Shown here: in pieces, positions 1 through 8,781 of the stretch | Layout of the letters: the number at the start of each line of letters is the position of its first letter | How positions within the stretch are numbered: position 1 is the stretch's first letter | IMG/VR virus record: IMGVR_UViG_3300027963_005443 | Reading direction: 5' to 3' (one strand) | Origin: a virus | Length of the DNA stretch: 64,000 nt | Position numbers and translations under genes: made by a program | The notes under the pieces: generated by a model | The model's database searches: none | Seen by the model: the letters and a program-made list of their open reading frames with translations, nothing else | What the model was told of the DNA's origin: nothing

Positions 1-437
1 GTACTTGTTGATGTAGGAGTTCTTGTTGATGTTAGCGTAGGTGTTAGTGTAGACGTACTTGTTGATGTAGGAGTTCTTGTTGATGTTAGCGTAGGTGTTA
101 GTGTAGACGTACTTGTTGATGTAGGAGTTCTTGTTGATGTAGGAGTTCTTGTTGATGTAGGAGTTCTTGTTGATGTTAGCGTAGGTGTTAGTGTAGACGT
201 ACTTGTTGATGTAGGAGTTCTTGTTGATGTTAGCGTAGGTGTTAGTGTAGACGTACTTGTTGATGTAGGAGTTCTTGTTGATGTAGGAGTTCTTGTTGAT
301 GTAGGAGTTCTTGTTGATGTTAGCGTAGGTGTTAGTGTAGACGTACTTGTTGATGTAGGAGTTCTTGTTGATGTTAGCGTAGGTGTTAGTGTAGACGTAC
401 TTGTTGATGTAGGAGTTCTTGTTGATGTTAGCGTAGG
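1..437. repeat. Hierarchical tandem repeat: 54-nt units with a variable number of 18-nt subunits, encoding TSTLTPTLTSTRTPTS
   Basis: Unit gtacttgttgatgtaggagttcttgttgatgttagcgtaggtgttagtgtagac at 1-54 and 55-108; later units carry extra gttcttgttgatgtagga subunits. Confidence 0.9.
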
Positions 438-1286
438 TGGAATTGTTGGAGTGGGAGTAGGCGTCGGTGCTGTGGGCGTATTGTCTCCAAAATATCTGAT
501 GGCACGAACATTGATTGGATATAACTTAGAATTATATTCTGGTTGGCTGTTATTATTATTAAAATTCATAAACCAAGCAAAATACCCGTCGCTATCAGCT
601 ACCTCAGAGGAACTCCAATATGCTTTAGAACCAAAGCCTCCACCGATTACAGATCTATTTAAATAAATCGTATATAATTCGTCTATGCTTGGTAAAAACC
701 AATCCGACTTTCCATTGATATTGCCCTGTGTGAACGATGCCGCAATTGATTCATCAGTGCATTGTGACAAAATATTAATTGTGTTTTGTCTTCCTGTGCC
801 TATTGCCGTCCCATCTGCGGTCGTATTGATTCCTTGGCAACCCCATACAGTATCCGAAGATTGATCGTTTAAGGCCACAACAAATCCAGAAGTTCCACTA
901 TTATCAATATATGCAACTATACCACCATCAACCACATCCCCAACAACATAAATCAAAGAGGTAGATGTTGGAGTTGGAGTTTTTGTTAGCGTTGGGGTCC
1001 TAGTGCTAGTCGGAGTATTAGTTTTTGTTGGAGTGGATGTTGGGGTTTTTGTTAGCGTTAAAGTGGGTGTTAATGTTGGGGTTGGGGATTGTATCTCACG
1101 TAAATCTTCCTCAAAATAAATACCATTCCAAGTATCTTTATAAAGATAAGATTGATTTTCTGGATTGTATATTATTTTTTTAATTACAACTTTTTCTAAA
1201 TAACCATTTTTCTCTTGAAGCAAAGAATAAACTTCGCTTCCCACGGTAAATAATGGAGTTGTAGTTGGAACTGTATCGTCTTGCAT
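1..1286 (-). CDS. Partial (runs off window start) Thr/Pro-rich protein with DUF1566/Lcl-like domain; not in ORF track
   Basis: Manual translation from ATG at 1286: MQDDTVPTTTP...PTPTLT linker, then VGDVVDGGIVAY...AIGTGRQNT...SDWFLPSIDEL...YWSSSE...AW...VRAIRYF (Lcl C-terminal-like), then TSTRTP repeats to the window edge. Confidence 0.8.
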   Translation of the reverse strand, partial: MQDDTVPTTTPLFTVGSEVYSLLQEKNGYLEKVVIKKIIYNPENQSYLYKDTWNGIYFEEDLREIQSPTPTLTPTLTLTKTPTSTPTKTNTPTSTRTPTLTKTPTPTSTSLIYVVGDVVDGGIVAYIDNSGTSGFVVALNDQSSDTVWGCQGINTTADGTAIGTGRQNTINILSQCTDESIAASFTQGNINGKSDWFLPSIDELYTIYLNRSVIGGGFGSKAYWSSSEVADSDGYFAWFMNFNNNNSQPEYNSKLYPINVRAIRYFGDNTPTAPTPTPTPTIPPTLTSTRTPTSTSTSTLTPTLTSTRTPTSTSTSTLTPTLTSTRTPTSTRTPTSTRTPTSTSTSTLTPTLTSTRTPTSTSTSTLTPTLTSTRTPTSTRTPTSTRTPTSTSTSTLTPTLTSTRTPTSTSTSTLTPTLTSTRTPTSTS

Positions 1287-1342
1287 AAATCTATATAGTT
1301 TCAGCTCTAAGTAAAAAAACTATATAGAGGATATATAACTTT

Positions 1343-1528
1343 ATGATAACTTTTAAAGAATATGTAAAGAAAATATTTGGAGAAGATATAGTGGGGATAT
1401 ATCCTCCACAATATGGCGGAATAGGTCAATATCCGCCATTGGCGAACCAAACAGGTTCGGATCAAGTATATGTGAAGGCCAGCAGAAACAGCCTTAAAAA
1501 GAAAAAGAAGAAGAAAAAGAGTCGATGA
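1343..1528 (+). CDS. Small basic protein with T4 internal-protein-like N-terminus
   Basis: MITFKEYVKK start, poly-Lys C-terminus, TATATA 5 nt upstream of ATG. Confidence 0.7.
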   Translation: MITFKEYVKKIFGEDIVGIYPPQYGGIGQYPPLANQTGSDQVYVKASRNSLKKKKKKKKSR

Positions 1529-2403
1529 CTCTACCAATCCGCATTGGTATTATGGCAAAAAAATTTATAATAGTTACAACACCCAGAAGTGGGTCTCAGA
1601 TGCTATGCGAGTTCCTCGGTAGTCAAAAAAAAATACGGTGTCAATATGAAATATTACACCCATATAAAGAAAAGCATTTAAATTTAATAGCTTTTGGTAG
1701 AAATAGTTTAGAAGTTCAGAGAAAATTTAAAATTTTACTAGGTGAGGATGCCGATAAATTTATAGGAAACAGAAACAGAAACTTTATAGAATATTTAAAG
1801 CTTTGGGAAGAGGTAATACAGTCGGAATATTTTGGGTTTAAGATATTTTTCAGTCATCACATAGGAACAAATAACAAATTACCTCCAGAAGACCATATCG
1901 GGATTGGCAATTTTTTAAAATACATAAAAGATAATAATATAAAAATCATACATTTGACTCGTGATAATATCTTTTTGAAATATATTTCGCACAAAACAGC
2001 AGGCATTACAAAAAATTATAATTCAGAATTAGAATCAATAAAATTTCATTCAATTGGCATTAATGTATTTTACAAAGAGTTTATTGATTATAAAAAAGAT
2101 TTATTAGAAGAAGAAGAAATAGTATTTAACTTCTGTTTAAAAAACAATATTGATTATCACCATGTGACTTATGAAGATTTAACAGGAAAAAATTATATTT
2201 CTTTTTATAAGAACATTATTAAATTTTTAGGAGAGGATCCTGAAAGCCTATCTGATATCAGTGGAACTCCAAAACAAAGAAAAATAAAAACTAACACTCT
2301 TACATTAAGACAAAAAGTTTTAAATATAGATAATTTTATAAAAGAAGCAGAAATCGCAAATGATACGGAGTTATTAAAAAATATAAGTATTTTATTAAGT
2401 TGA
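1525..2403 (+). CDS. Sulfotransferase (Stf0/NodH-like)
   Basis: 5'-PAPS motif TTPRSGSQML, EILHP, IIHLTRDN...S (3'-PAPS binding), VTYEDL. Confidence 0.85.
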   Translation: MTLPIRIGIMAKKFIIVTTPRSGSQMLCEFLGSQKKIRCQYEILHPYKEKHLNLIAFGRNSLEVQRKFKILLGEDADKFIGNRNRNFIEYLKLWEEVIQSEYFGFKIFFSHHIGTNNKLPPEDHIGIGNFLKYIKDNNIKIIHLTRDNIFLKYISHKTAGITKNYNSELESIKFHSIGINVFYKEFIDYKKDLLEEEEIVFNFCLKNNIDYHHVTYEDLTGKNYISFYKNIIKFLGEDPESLSDISGTPKQRKIKTNTLTLRQKVLNIDNFIKEAEIANDTELLKNISILLS

Positions 2404-2408
2404 TTGAA

Positions 2409-2996
2409 CTAGGTTGGTTGTGGAAACTCTCGAAAATACTGTGCTAGATAAATTTTTTGATAATCTTGATTTTCTTCAAAAGAAAACTTCAAAAATAATG
2501 CATTGTGCATTTTCCCCGAGAATCCCTTCTTTATTATCTCTCTTGCATATTTTAGAGCAAGTTCACAATCTTCTAAAAAAACAAATTCTAAATCTTCTTC
2601 CAGCTTACCAATGAGGTATGCGTACTGCAGTGCATATTCGGGTGACTTCAAGAAAGCTTTTTCTATGCTTTTTGGCAATCTACCTTTAATTATTTTTTTT
2701 GCATAAATATAAGCCCACTTAGGACATCGGGAAAAAACTTTCTCAAGTTTAGGAGAAAGTCTTTTATTTTTTATCCAATAAGAATAATTATAAGCATATT
2801 CGGGACTCTGTAAAAATACAGATTCACACTCTTCTGGAAGAGGCCCAAATTTTTCCGCATATTTAAAAGCGAACCTGGGGTCGGTTGAAATTTTTTCTTT
2901 AGTTTCCGAGCAGTAGTTTTCATAGTTGCTAAAGCCACGAACACTAAACCAGAATTCAAAATCTTCTGGTTGTAGGCGTGGTTTAATATCAATCAT
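2409..2996 (-). CDS. Alpha-helical repeat protein
   Basis: Recurrent (P)EYAYxYA...E-x-xF repeats of about 24 aa; SD-like gataagggg upstream. Confidence 0.7.
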   Translation of the reverse strand: MIDIKPRLQPEDFEFWFSVRGFSNYENYCSETKEKISTDPRFAFKYAEKFGPLPEECESVFLQSPEYAYNYSYWIKNKRLSPKLEKVFSRCPKWAYIYAKKIIKGRLPKSIEKAFLKSPEYALQYAYLIGKLEEDLEFVFLEDCELALKYAREIIKKGFSGKMHNALFLKFSFEENQDYQKIYLAQYFREFPQPT

Positions 2997-3010
2997 AAAT
3001 CCCCCTTATC

Positions 3011-4066
3011 TCAGCCTTGTTGTTCATCCTTAAACGGCTTATCATTTTCTGGCTTGCTTAATTTCCAACTTATTTCTTTTGCCTTATCTGGCCTATCATC
3101 AAGCAGAGAGAATACCACACCGGAATAGTCTCTGCAATCCCGAAGTATAATTTCCGCCTGCTCTTTTCTTGTTAAATTTTTAATACTTTCTTTCTTTTCT
3201 TCCGCAGATTCAATTATTCCTTCATATTTTTCCTGTATGGCGTCTCTTGTGCTTTTTACCCAATCGTAAAATTCATCGGGGACATGATCTAAAATTTCAT
3301 CAAAGTTTTTGTTCTCTTTTAGCATTTCCCATATTATCTTAGAATTTACACCTGTGACTATTTTATGCAATCGACAATATTCTTCATATTTTAATTTTAC
3401 CCTTAATCCATTATCGAACTTTATCACAAAGCCTTCGGCATTATCTCTTGCATAAAGAGTTCTTATATTATCAAAATCTTTTATCCCATCAAACTTTTCC
3501 ACTAATTCAAAATCATACTCTTTTGAAATAACTTCTATTTCTTCTCGAGATAATTCTATTTCTTTTCTAAAAACAGAAAGTAAAATTAATCCTTCATAAT
3601 CATAATCGACAACTATTCTATTTTTTTTATATAATATCTCAAAAAGAAAAGTCAAATCATCCGGCGGGTTAAAGTTTGGGTATTTTTTATTTAGATGGTT
3701 GGTGGCCCAAAAGGACTGCTCTGATGTGAAACTGCCTCTTGTTGCTATAGCAACACCCCCAGAGTATTTATACGATATACCCAGGCTGCCGTCTAGTTTG
3801 TCATAAACTTCGAAATCGTTGTAATCCGGCAATGGACCGAGAATACTATTTTCAGAATATTCTTCTAAGTTATGAAACTTATCAAAAGATTTACCCACTA
3901 TTTGTCCTGAAGGGTCCAATATCAGACCTCTATATTTCCTAATCTCAGGATATTCTGCCCACTTATTTTCATATTGTGCCCGAGCAGTATAATTGTAGAT
4001 AAATAGTTCGTCAGTAGGATGCTTCACTACATTAACGTAACCATCATCTATTAGTTTATCTATCAT
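3011..4066 (-). CDS. rnlA: RNA ligase 1 (T4 Rnl1-like)
   Basis: Nucleotidyltransferase motifs DKLDGSL, FEIL, EGFVIKF, RVKLKY; Rnl1-like N-terminus (LFIYNYT, RGLILD, KSFDKFHN). Confidence 0.9.
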   Translation of the reverse strand: MIDKLIDDGYVNVVKHPTDELFIYNYTARAQYENKWAEYPEIRKYRGLILDPSGQIVGKSFDKFHNLEEYSENSILGPLPDYNDFEVYDKLDGSLGISYKYSGGVAIATRGSFTSEQSFWATNHLNKKYPNFNPPDDLTFLFEILYKKNRIVVDYDYEGLILLSVFRKEIELSREEIEVISKEYDFELVEKFDGIKDFDNIRTLYARDNAEGFVIKFDNGLRVKLKYEEYCRLHKIVTGVNSKIIWEMLKENKNFDEILDHVPDEFYDWVKSTRDAIQEKYEGIIESAEEKKESIKNLTRKEQAEIILRDCRDYSGVVFSLLDDRPDKAKEISWKLSKPENDKPFKDEQQG

Positions 4067-4488
4067 ATCTCTAAAAATGTCTTGTCTTTAGTTGTGTATA
4101 AAATTCTTTTAAAGCCAAGTTGAGTCAACATATCCATGCATCCTATGCACGGGCGACTATAATCAACCTCGTTTCTGCGGTTGATTCTTGTATTTATTAT
4201 TGTTAGTCCACTACAATCTTCATAGCCTAATTTTAGAACTGCACTCAATTCAGAATGGGTGCCAACAATATCACTAATTTTATCTTTTTGCTTGTTGATA
4301 TAATTATATTTTAAATTTAATGGATGAGTTTTTGCGCTGTTCATCCCCACAGAGATTAATGTATTTCTTTCATAAATAAAACTAAAATGGCGGCACCTAT
4401 GATTTCCCCTGTGTTTGCCCGCCAAGGCATAACTAATTTCTATTACTTTAGATAAGTTCATCCTGAACATTTTAAAGCCTATAATCAA
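4063..4488 (-). CDS. Zn-dependent deaminase (cytidine/dCMP deaminase fold); start may be ATG 4470
   Basis: HSE and SRPCIGC Zn-binding motifs. Confidence 0.8.
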   Translation of the reverse strand: MIIGFKMFRMNLSKVIEISYALAGKHRGNHRCRHFSFIYERNTLISVGMNSAKTHPLNLKYNYINKQKDKISDIVGTHSELSAVLKLGYEDCSGLTIINTRINRRNEVDYSRPCIGCMDMLTQLGFKRILYTTKDKTFLEI

Positions 4489-4492
4489 ATTG

Positions 4493-4657
4493 TCAAGAAT
4501 GTTCCATTATCTTGAATATATTTCTTGGATATTCTTGATTTTCAAGAAATTCATCAATTATGATAAAAGTAGAATCTTTTGCAATATAGACATCATAGAC
4601 GTTGCCGGTCTTAAGAGCGGCGGGATAATAATCATTGTTTTCACAAATAACCTTCAT
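4493..4657 (-). CDS. Small hypothetical protein, 54 aa; not in ORF track
   Basis: Manual translation MKVICENNDYYPAALKTGNVYDVYIAKDSTFIIIDEFLENQEYPRNIFKIMEHS fills the gap between co-oriented genes. Confidence 0.6.
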   Translation of the reverse strand: MKVICENNDYYPAALKTGNVYDVYIAKDSTFIIIDEFLENQEYPRNIFKIMEHS

Positions 4658-4687
4658 GAGGTTATTTATTAAACTATTTTATTTTTT

Positions 4688-5281
4688 TTACTCAATTCTC
4701 ATAAGAAGATTGCACCTGCCGTTAGCACAATTAGGCTTTGGAGGCAAAGACAAAGGACTATCGCCCACGGCACGACATTTACCATTGGGGCAATTTAGTC
4801 TAGGAGGGTTAGAAAAATCATTATCAACAGCACGACAATTTCCACTCCTACACCGGGATTCCAGTTTCTTACTAATCACCGTCTCTTTGATTAGCTTCCA
4901 ATCAGAGTCTATTTTTTTCATTGCAAGTAAGCTCACAATAATATTGTTTGTTTCATTAACAGTCATTTTGTATTCAACTGCTATCTCGACAAAATCATCC
5001 TTAATATCTATTAACTTTTTGTCTAATATAGATATATTAATTTTATTAGACAAAAAGAACAGTGCAATTTCTCTCTTCTCTCTTTTAGTGGAACTCACAC
5101 GAAGAGAAAGATATTTATTGTGATCTTCTGCGTTTGCTGCTTCGCAAATTTCTTCAATAGTGTTGAAATAACCATTATCGTCTTGTGTGGCAGTAATTCG
5201 ATCTGTCGATTCTTCCTGGGCTTTTAAGGAAAAACAACAAACAAACAGCAACGACAAGGTTGCAATTATTTTTTTAAACAT
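4688..5281 (-). CDS. Exported protein: signal peptide, NTF2/SnoaL-like domain, C-terminal CxxGxC repeats
   Basis: MFKKIIATLSLLFVCCFSLKA signal peptide; CRSGNC, CPNGKC, CANGRC. Confidence 0.75.
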   Translation of the reverse strand: MFKKIIATLSLLFVCCFSLKAQEESTDRITATQDDNGYFNTIEEICEAANAEDHNKYLSLRVSSTKREKREIALFFLSNKINISILDKKLIDIKDDFVEIAVEYKMTVNETNNIIVSLLAMKKIDSDWKLIKETVISKKLESRCRSGNCRAVDNDFSNPPRLNCPNGKCRAVGDSPLSLPPKPNCANGRCNLLMRIE

Positions 5282-5314
5282 TTAAGAAAAATTCTCTGTG
5301 GACCTTCCCGTTAT

Positions 5315-5334
5315 CAACCGTACCAAAAGGAAAC
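5315..5334 (-). promoter_or_regulatory. GTTTC-Y5-GGTACGGTT motif, copy 1
   Basis: Minus strand gtttccttttggtacggttg, about 34 nt upstream of the 5281 ATG. Confidence 0.8.
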
Positions 5335-5376
5335 CGAGAGGGATAAAAAATGAAAAATTTAATCCTCTTATGAGGT

Positions 5377-6906
5377 ATGATCCCATCCGGCAAAATTATT
5401 TGCATCAAAGTAAAACATGGATTGGCAAATAGATTGCGGACTTTGAATTCTTTTTATAATTTTGCAGAAGAGAATAATTTCGAATTAAGAGTTCTCTGGG
5501 GTGAAGGGGCAGGGTGGTCTGATGAGAAATTCTACGACTTGTTTCAAAAAACAAAATTAAAATTCATAAATGAAAAAGAATATGAAGAATTATCTTTGCT
5601 GAATTTTAATCTAGACAGGGTGATTTACAAAAATGAAAAAAATCCAGACGAATATGTTCACGAAATTGAACAAAATTCAATAATTGATTTTATTAAAAAA
5701 AATTCTTTTTGTTATTATGGCGATTCTTGCATTGAATACATGTTAAGTTCTTTATGGCACAATTACGGCAAATATGAATTTATTAAAAGTTTAAAATTCA
5801 AACCAGAAATACAAAATAAAATAAAGAATATAAGCAAGTCTTTTAATAAAAATACCATAGGAATTCACATAAGAAGAGGAGACTCAACAACAAGTCCATG
5901 GAAAGACAAGTTTGGCATTTCCGATAACGAGTCATTTGTGATTAAAATAAATGAAGAAATAGAAACAAATCCGGATTGTAATTTTTTCTTATCAACAGAC
6001 TGCGAGGATACCAATAATTATTTTGTAAATAAATTTCCAAATTTATTATGGAATAAAGATAAAAAGTTTTTTAAGAATATCAATCACTTAGAAAGTAAAC
6101 CAGGTCAAAAAGATGCGTTAATTGATATGATGCTATTATCTGGGACAAAAAAAATAATAGGATCAAATTGGAGTAGCTTTTCATATATTTCTTCAAAGAT
6201 AAACAAAATTCCATTAATTATAGCAAAAAAACAAGAAGCAAAATTAATTCCAAAAAAAGAAGAAACTATTTCATTGATTTGTTCTGTTAAGAACAGAACT
6301 GACATGCTGAAAATATCTATTCAATCATGGATAAAACATAAAGATATAAAAGAATATGTAATAGTAGATTGGTCCTCAGATGAAGACATATCTTACTTAT
6401 CAAAGTTGGATGATCGGATTAAAGTAATCAGGGTGGAAAATGAAAAATACTTTTCAGTTGTAAAAGCACCAAATTTAGCAATAAAAAATACCTGTGGCGA
6501 TTTGATTATAAAAATGGATGTGGATTATATTTTAAATCCATATTACGACTTTTTTCAAGAATATAAAATTAAAAAAAATGAGTTTCTAACAGGTAACTGG
6601 GAAGATTTCCTGATCGACAATGATATGGGATTTATTAGATATTTGCACGGATTCCTTTATGTTCACAGAGAAAATTTGATAAAAATAGGTGGATATAACG
6701 AATTGATGAAAAATTATGGATATGAAGATTGCGATATATTCAATAGATTAACTGGTATTGGTTTGGAAAGAAAATATTTAAACCATAACAAACCATGTAT
6801 AATTCATATGCCGCATCCAGATTCAGTCAGATCTGAGAATTATGAAAATAAAGATATAATGGAAACCTTAACAGATAATTATAAAATATCTAATGGTTTA
6901 GAGTGA
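5377..6906 (+). CDS. Two-domain glycosyltransferase: fucosyltransferase-like GT-B plus GT2/GT7-like GT-A
   Basis: N-half HGLANRL, IGIHIRRGD, FFLSTD, DMMLLS, SSFS; C-half KMDVD, GGYNE, YGYEDCD. Confidence 0.8.
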   Translation: MIPSGKIICIKVKHGLANRLRTLNSFYNFAEENNFELRVLWGEGAGWSDEKFYDLFQKTKLKFINEKEYEELSLLNFNLDRVIYKNEKNPDEYVHEIEQNSIIDFIKKNSFCYYGDSCIEYMLSSLWHNYGKYEFIKSLKFKPEIQNKIKNISKSFNKNTIGIHIRRGDSTTSPWKDKFGISDNESFVIKINEEIETNPDCNFFLSTDCEDTNNYFVNKFPNLLWNKDKKFFKNINHLESKPGQKDALIDMMLLSGTKKIIGSNWSSFSYISSKINKIPLIIAKKQEAKLIPKKEETISLICSVKNRTDMLKISIQSWIKHKDIKEYVIVDWSSDEDISYLSKLDDRIKVIRVENEKYFSVVKAPNLAIKNTCGDLIIKMDVDYILNPYYDFFQEYKIKKNEFLTGNWEDFLIDNDMGFIRYLHGFLYVHRENLIKIGGYNELMKNYGYEDCDIFNRLTGIGLERKYLNHNKPCIIHMPHPDSVRSENYENKDIMETLTDNYKISNGLE

Positions 6907-7804
6907 TAAATTTTTCAATAGCTTTTTCTTTTTTCTTAAACTCAAAATCTATGTCGATTTCGCTGTCGTAAAAGCTGGGAATATTTGAAGGATAGTCTGC
7001 GTGTGCTCTTGGATTCTTTTCATCCCGAGACTCACTGTAGTGGAATAGGGGTTTAAAACTGCCCCAAGAGTGACAGCAGAGGTCGAACGCCTCTTTCTCC
7101 GATAATCCGTCCGGGTGGCATTTGTGATGGAGAAAGTCGAAAGTAATTGGAGAATTAAATTTTTTATAATAAAATTCAGATAGTTTTTTTACACTCCAAC
7201 ACTTTGTTTTATCGTCATTTTCCAAAACTATCCTAGACCTGCAATTGTCATCCAATATATCTAAACTAGCAGATAGCCTACTGATTATCTCCTCACAACT
7301 ATCCTGATTGTTATTTATATGAAGGTTTATAGGGGAGTTATAATCAGCAGAGCATCCAATTTGATCCATAACCCAGCTATAAAAATTTAATTCCTTAATA
7401 GTTCTTGATAAAGCATTTTCATCTTTGCTGGCAAGGACATTGAATTGATCAGGGTGCAGGCTTATCCTAACACTGTTCACAGAATTGTATTCTTTTATCT
7501 GCTTGAAAAGATCAATTATTTTATCATAATCCGGCAATTGCTCTAGCGATAAATCGGCCTTGTCATACGTTATCAATGAAAATAAGTCACTACTTAGCCT
7601 ATAATTAAAATTACGTTCTTTACAATACTTTATAGCATTGAATGTAACATCAATATTATTGAGTATTCTTTTGCTAAGTTCAGTCACGGCCTCTTCTCTT
7701 GGAGTTTGACTAAACTTTTTATAAGTCATTCTTTGAAATTTCTTTGGAGGATCATTTTCCTCTAATGAGAGAATAATACAACAAATTCCGTATCTAATGT
7801 TCAT
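6890..7804 (-). CDS. uvsE: UV-damage endonuclease
   Basis: RYGICC, YRLSSDLF, RISLHPDQFNVL, LEND, PITFDFLHH, HYSES, AHADY, DFEFKKKE. Confidence 0.92.
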   Translation of the reverse strand: MNIRYGICCIILSLEENDPPKKFQRMTYKKFSQTPREEAVTELSKRILNNIDVTFNAIKYCKERNFNYRLSSDLFSLITYDKADLSLEQLPDYDKIIDLFKQIKEYNSVNSVRISLHPDQFNVLASKDENALSRTIKELNFYSWVMDQIGCSADYNSPINLHINNNQDSCEEIISRLSASLDILDDNCRSRIVLENDDKTKCWSVKKLSEFYYKKFNSPITFDFLHHKCHPDGLSEKEAFDLCCHSWGSFKPLFHYSESRDEKNPRAHADYPSNIPSFYDSEIDIDFEFKKKEKAIEKFITLNH

Positions 7805-7813
7805 ATATAATGT

Positions 7814-8443
7814 ATGAATTTTAAAGAGTGGATAATAAAAGAAGAATTAGAAGATGATAGCGAAAAAGCTTTTTCACAAAAGCATCAAACTCAAAAAGCG
7901 AACGTTGCCAAACTGCTAGGGTTCAAAAAACCATTGGTAAAAGTAAACGAAGGAAGTTTTGCCACTCTATACCAACATCCAGAAAACAGCAACATCCTAA
8001 TAAAAATAACATCCCACAAGGAAGACGTTCAAAATATAGTGAGGGCTCAAAAGATAAAGAGCAACAACGTTGTTAAAATTTACCCATGGCCAGATAAGAC
8101 AAGTTTTAAAACGGTGGCAACCAAGCCAAATGAATCTCTTGCGATTTTAGTTGAAAAAATTATTGGAAAACCAATGGATTATTCAACCAATCATTTTTAT
8201 ATGCTTGCTCTTGGAGGACAATTTCAAAAGGCCAAAGACTGGCTGAACTCTGGTGGCAATAAAAAGCAGCAAGATATATTGAATCTATACAAGAAAAATA
8301 CGGACGAAGAACATAATAAATTAGCCGAAATGTTCGAAAGTCTATTCCAACTCGAAAGATTTTATGGAATATCACTAACCGACTATCAGGATAATATTCT
8401 TGATGCTGGCGACAGATACGTTATTGTTGATATGGGATATTAG
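7814..8443 (+). CDS. Minimal protein-kinase-fold protein with capsid-targeting-like N-terminus
   Basis: EGSFATLY (Gly loop), ILIK, NVVKIY, ILVEKI (hinge), TDYQDNIL (catalytic loop, one residue short), IVDMG (DFG-like). Confidence 0.7.
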   Translation: MNFKEWIIKEELEDDSEKAFSQKHQTQKANVAKLLGFKKPLVKVNEGSFATLYQHPENSNILIKITSHKEDVQNIVRAQKIKSNNVVKIYPWPDKTSFKTVATKPNESLAILVEKIIGKPMDYSTNHFYMLALGGQFQKAKDWLNSGGNKKQQDILNLYKKNTDEEHNKLAEMFESLFQLERFYGISLTDYQDNILDAGDRYVIVDMGY

Positions 8444-8781
8444 AACGGGATATTAGAACGAAACTCAGATACGCTGATATCACATCTGGTTTCGTGCTCA
8501 TCGTAGGCATGTCTTAATTTATGCCCTACTATCTTTTCGATCTTTTTAAGAAGCTTTTTTGTAATCTTTTCTCCAAAATAAAAACAATCTCCAACAATTC
8601 TTGCCCTTCTTTGGCAATAAGGAAGATTGATTATATTGGAGAGTGATACTTTGTATTTATTGGCTACTATTGGGGCAACAACTTCTTCCCAAAATTCTGT
8701 ATGGTTTTTATCTTCTTTAACATGAAGAACTGTGTCATCATCTAGGATATAAACAGGGTATCCCCCATCAAAGTCAGACAT
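8440..8781 (-). CDS. Hypothetical protein
   Basis: 113-aa ORF whose start overlaps the ligase stop. Confidence 0.7.
   Translation of the reverse strand: MSDFDGGYPVYILDDDTVLHVKEDKNHTEFWEEVVAPIVANKYKVSLSNIINLPYCQRRARIVGDCFYFGEKITKKLLKKIEKIVGHKLRHAYDEHETRCDISVSEFRSNIPF

Noticed and set aside
1-437. Repeat arrays (also 59413, 59662) as possible CRISPR
   Set aside because: Direct tandem units with no unique spacers, in frame within coding regions; no cas genes
4490-5123. Plus-strand ORFs 4490-4672 and 4635-5123
   Set aside because: Overlap better-supported minus-strand genes in a co-oriented run
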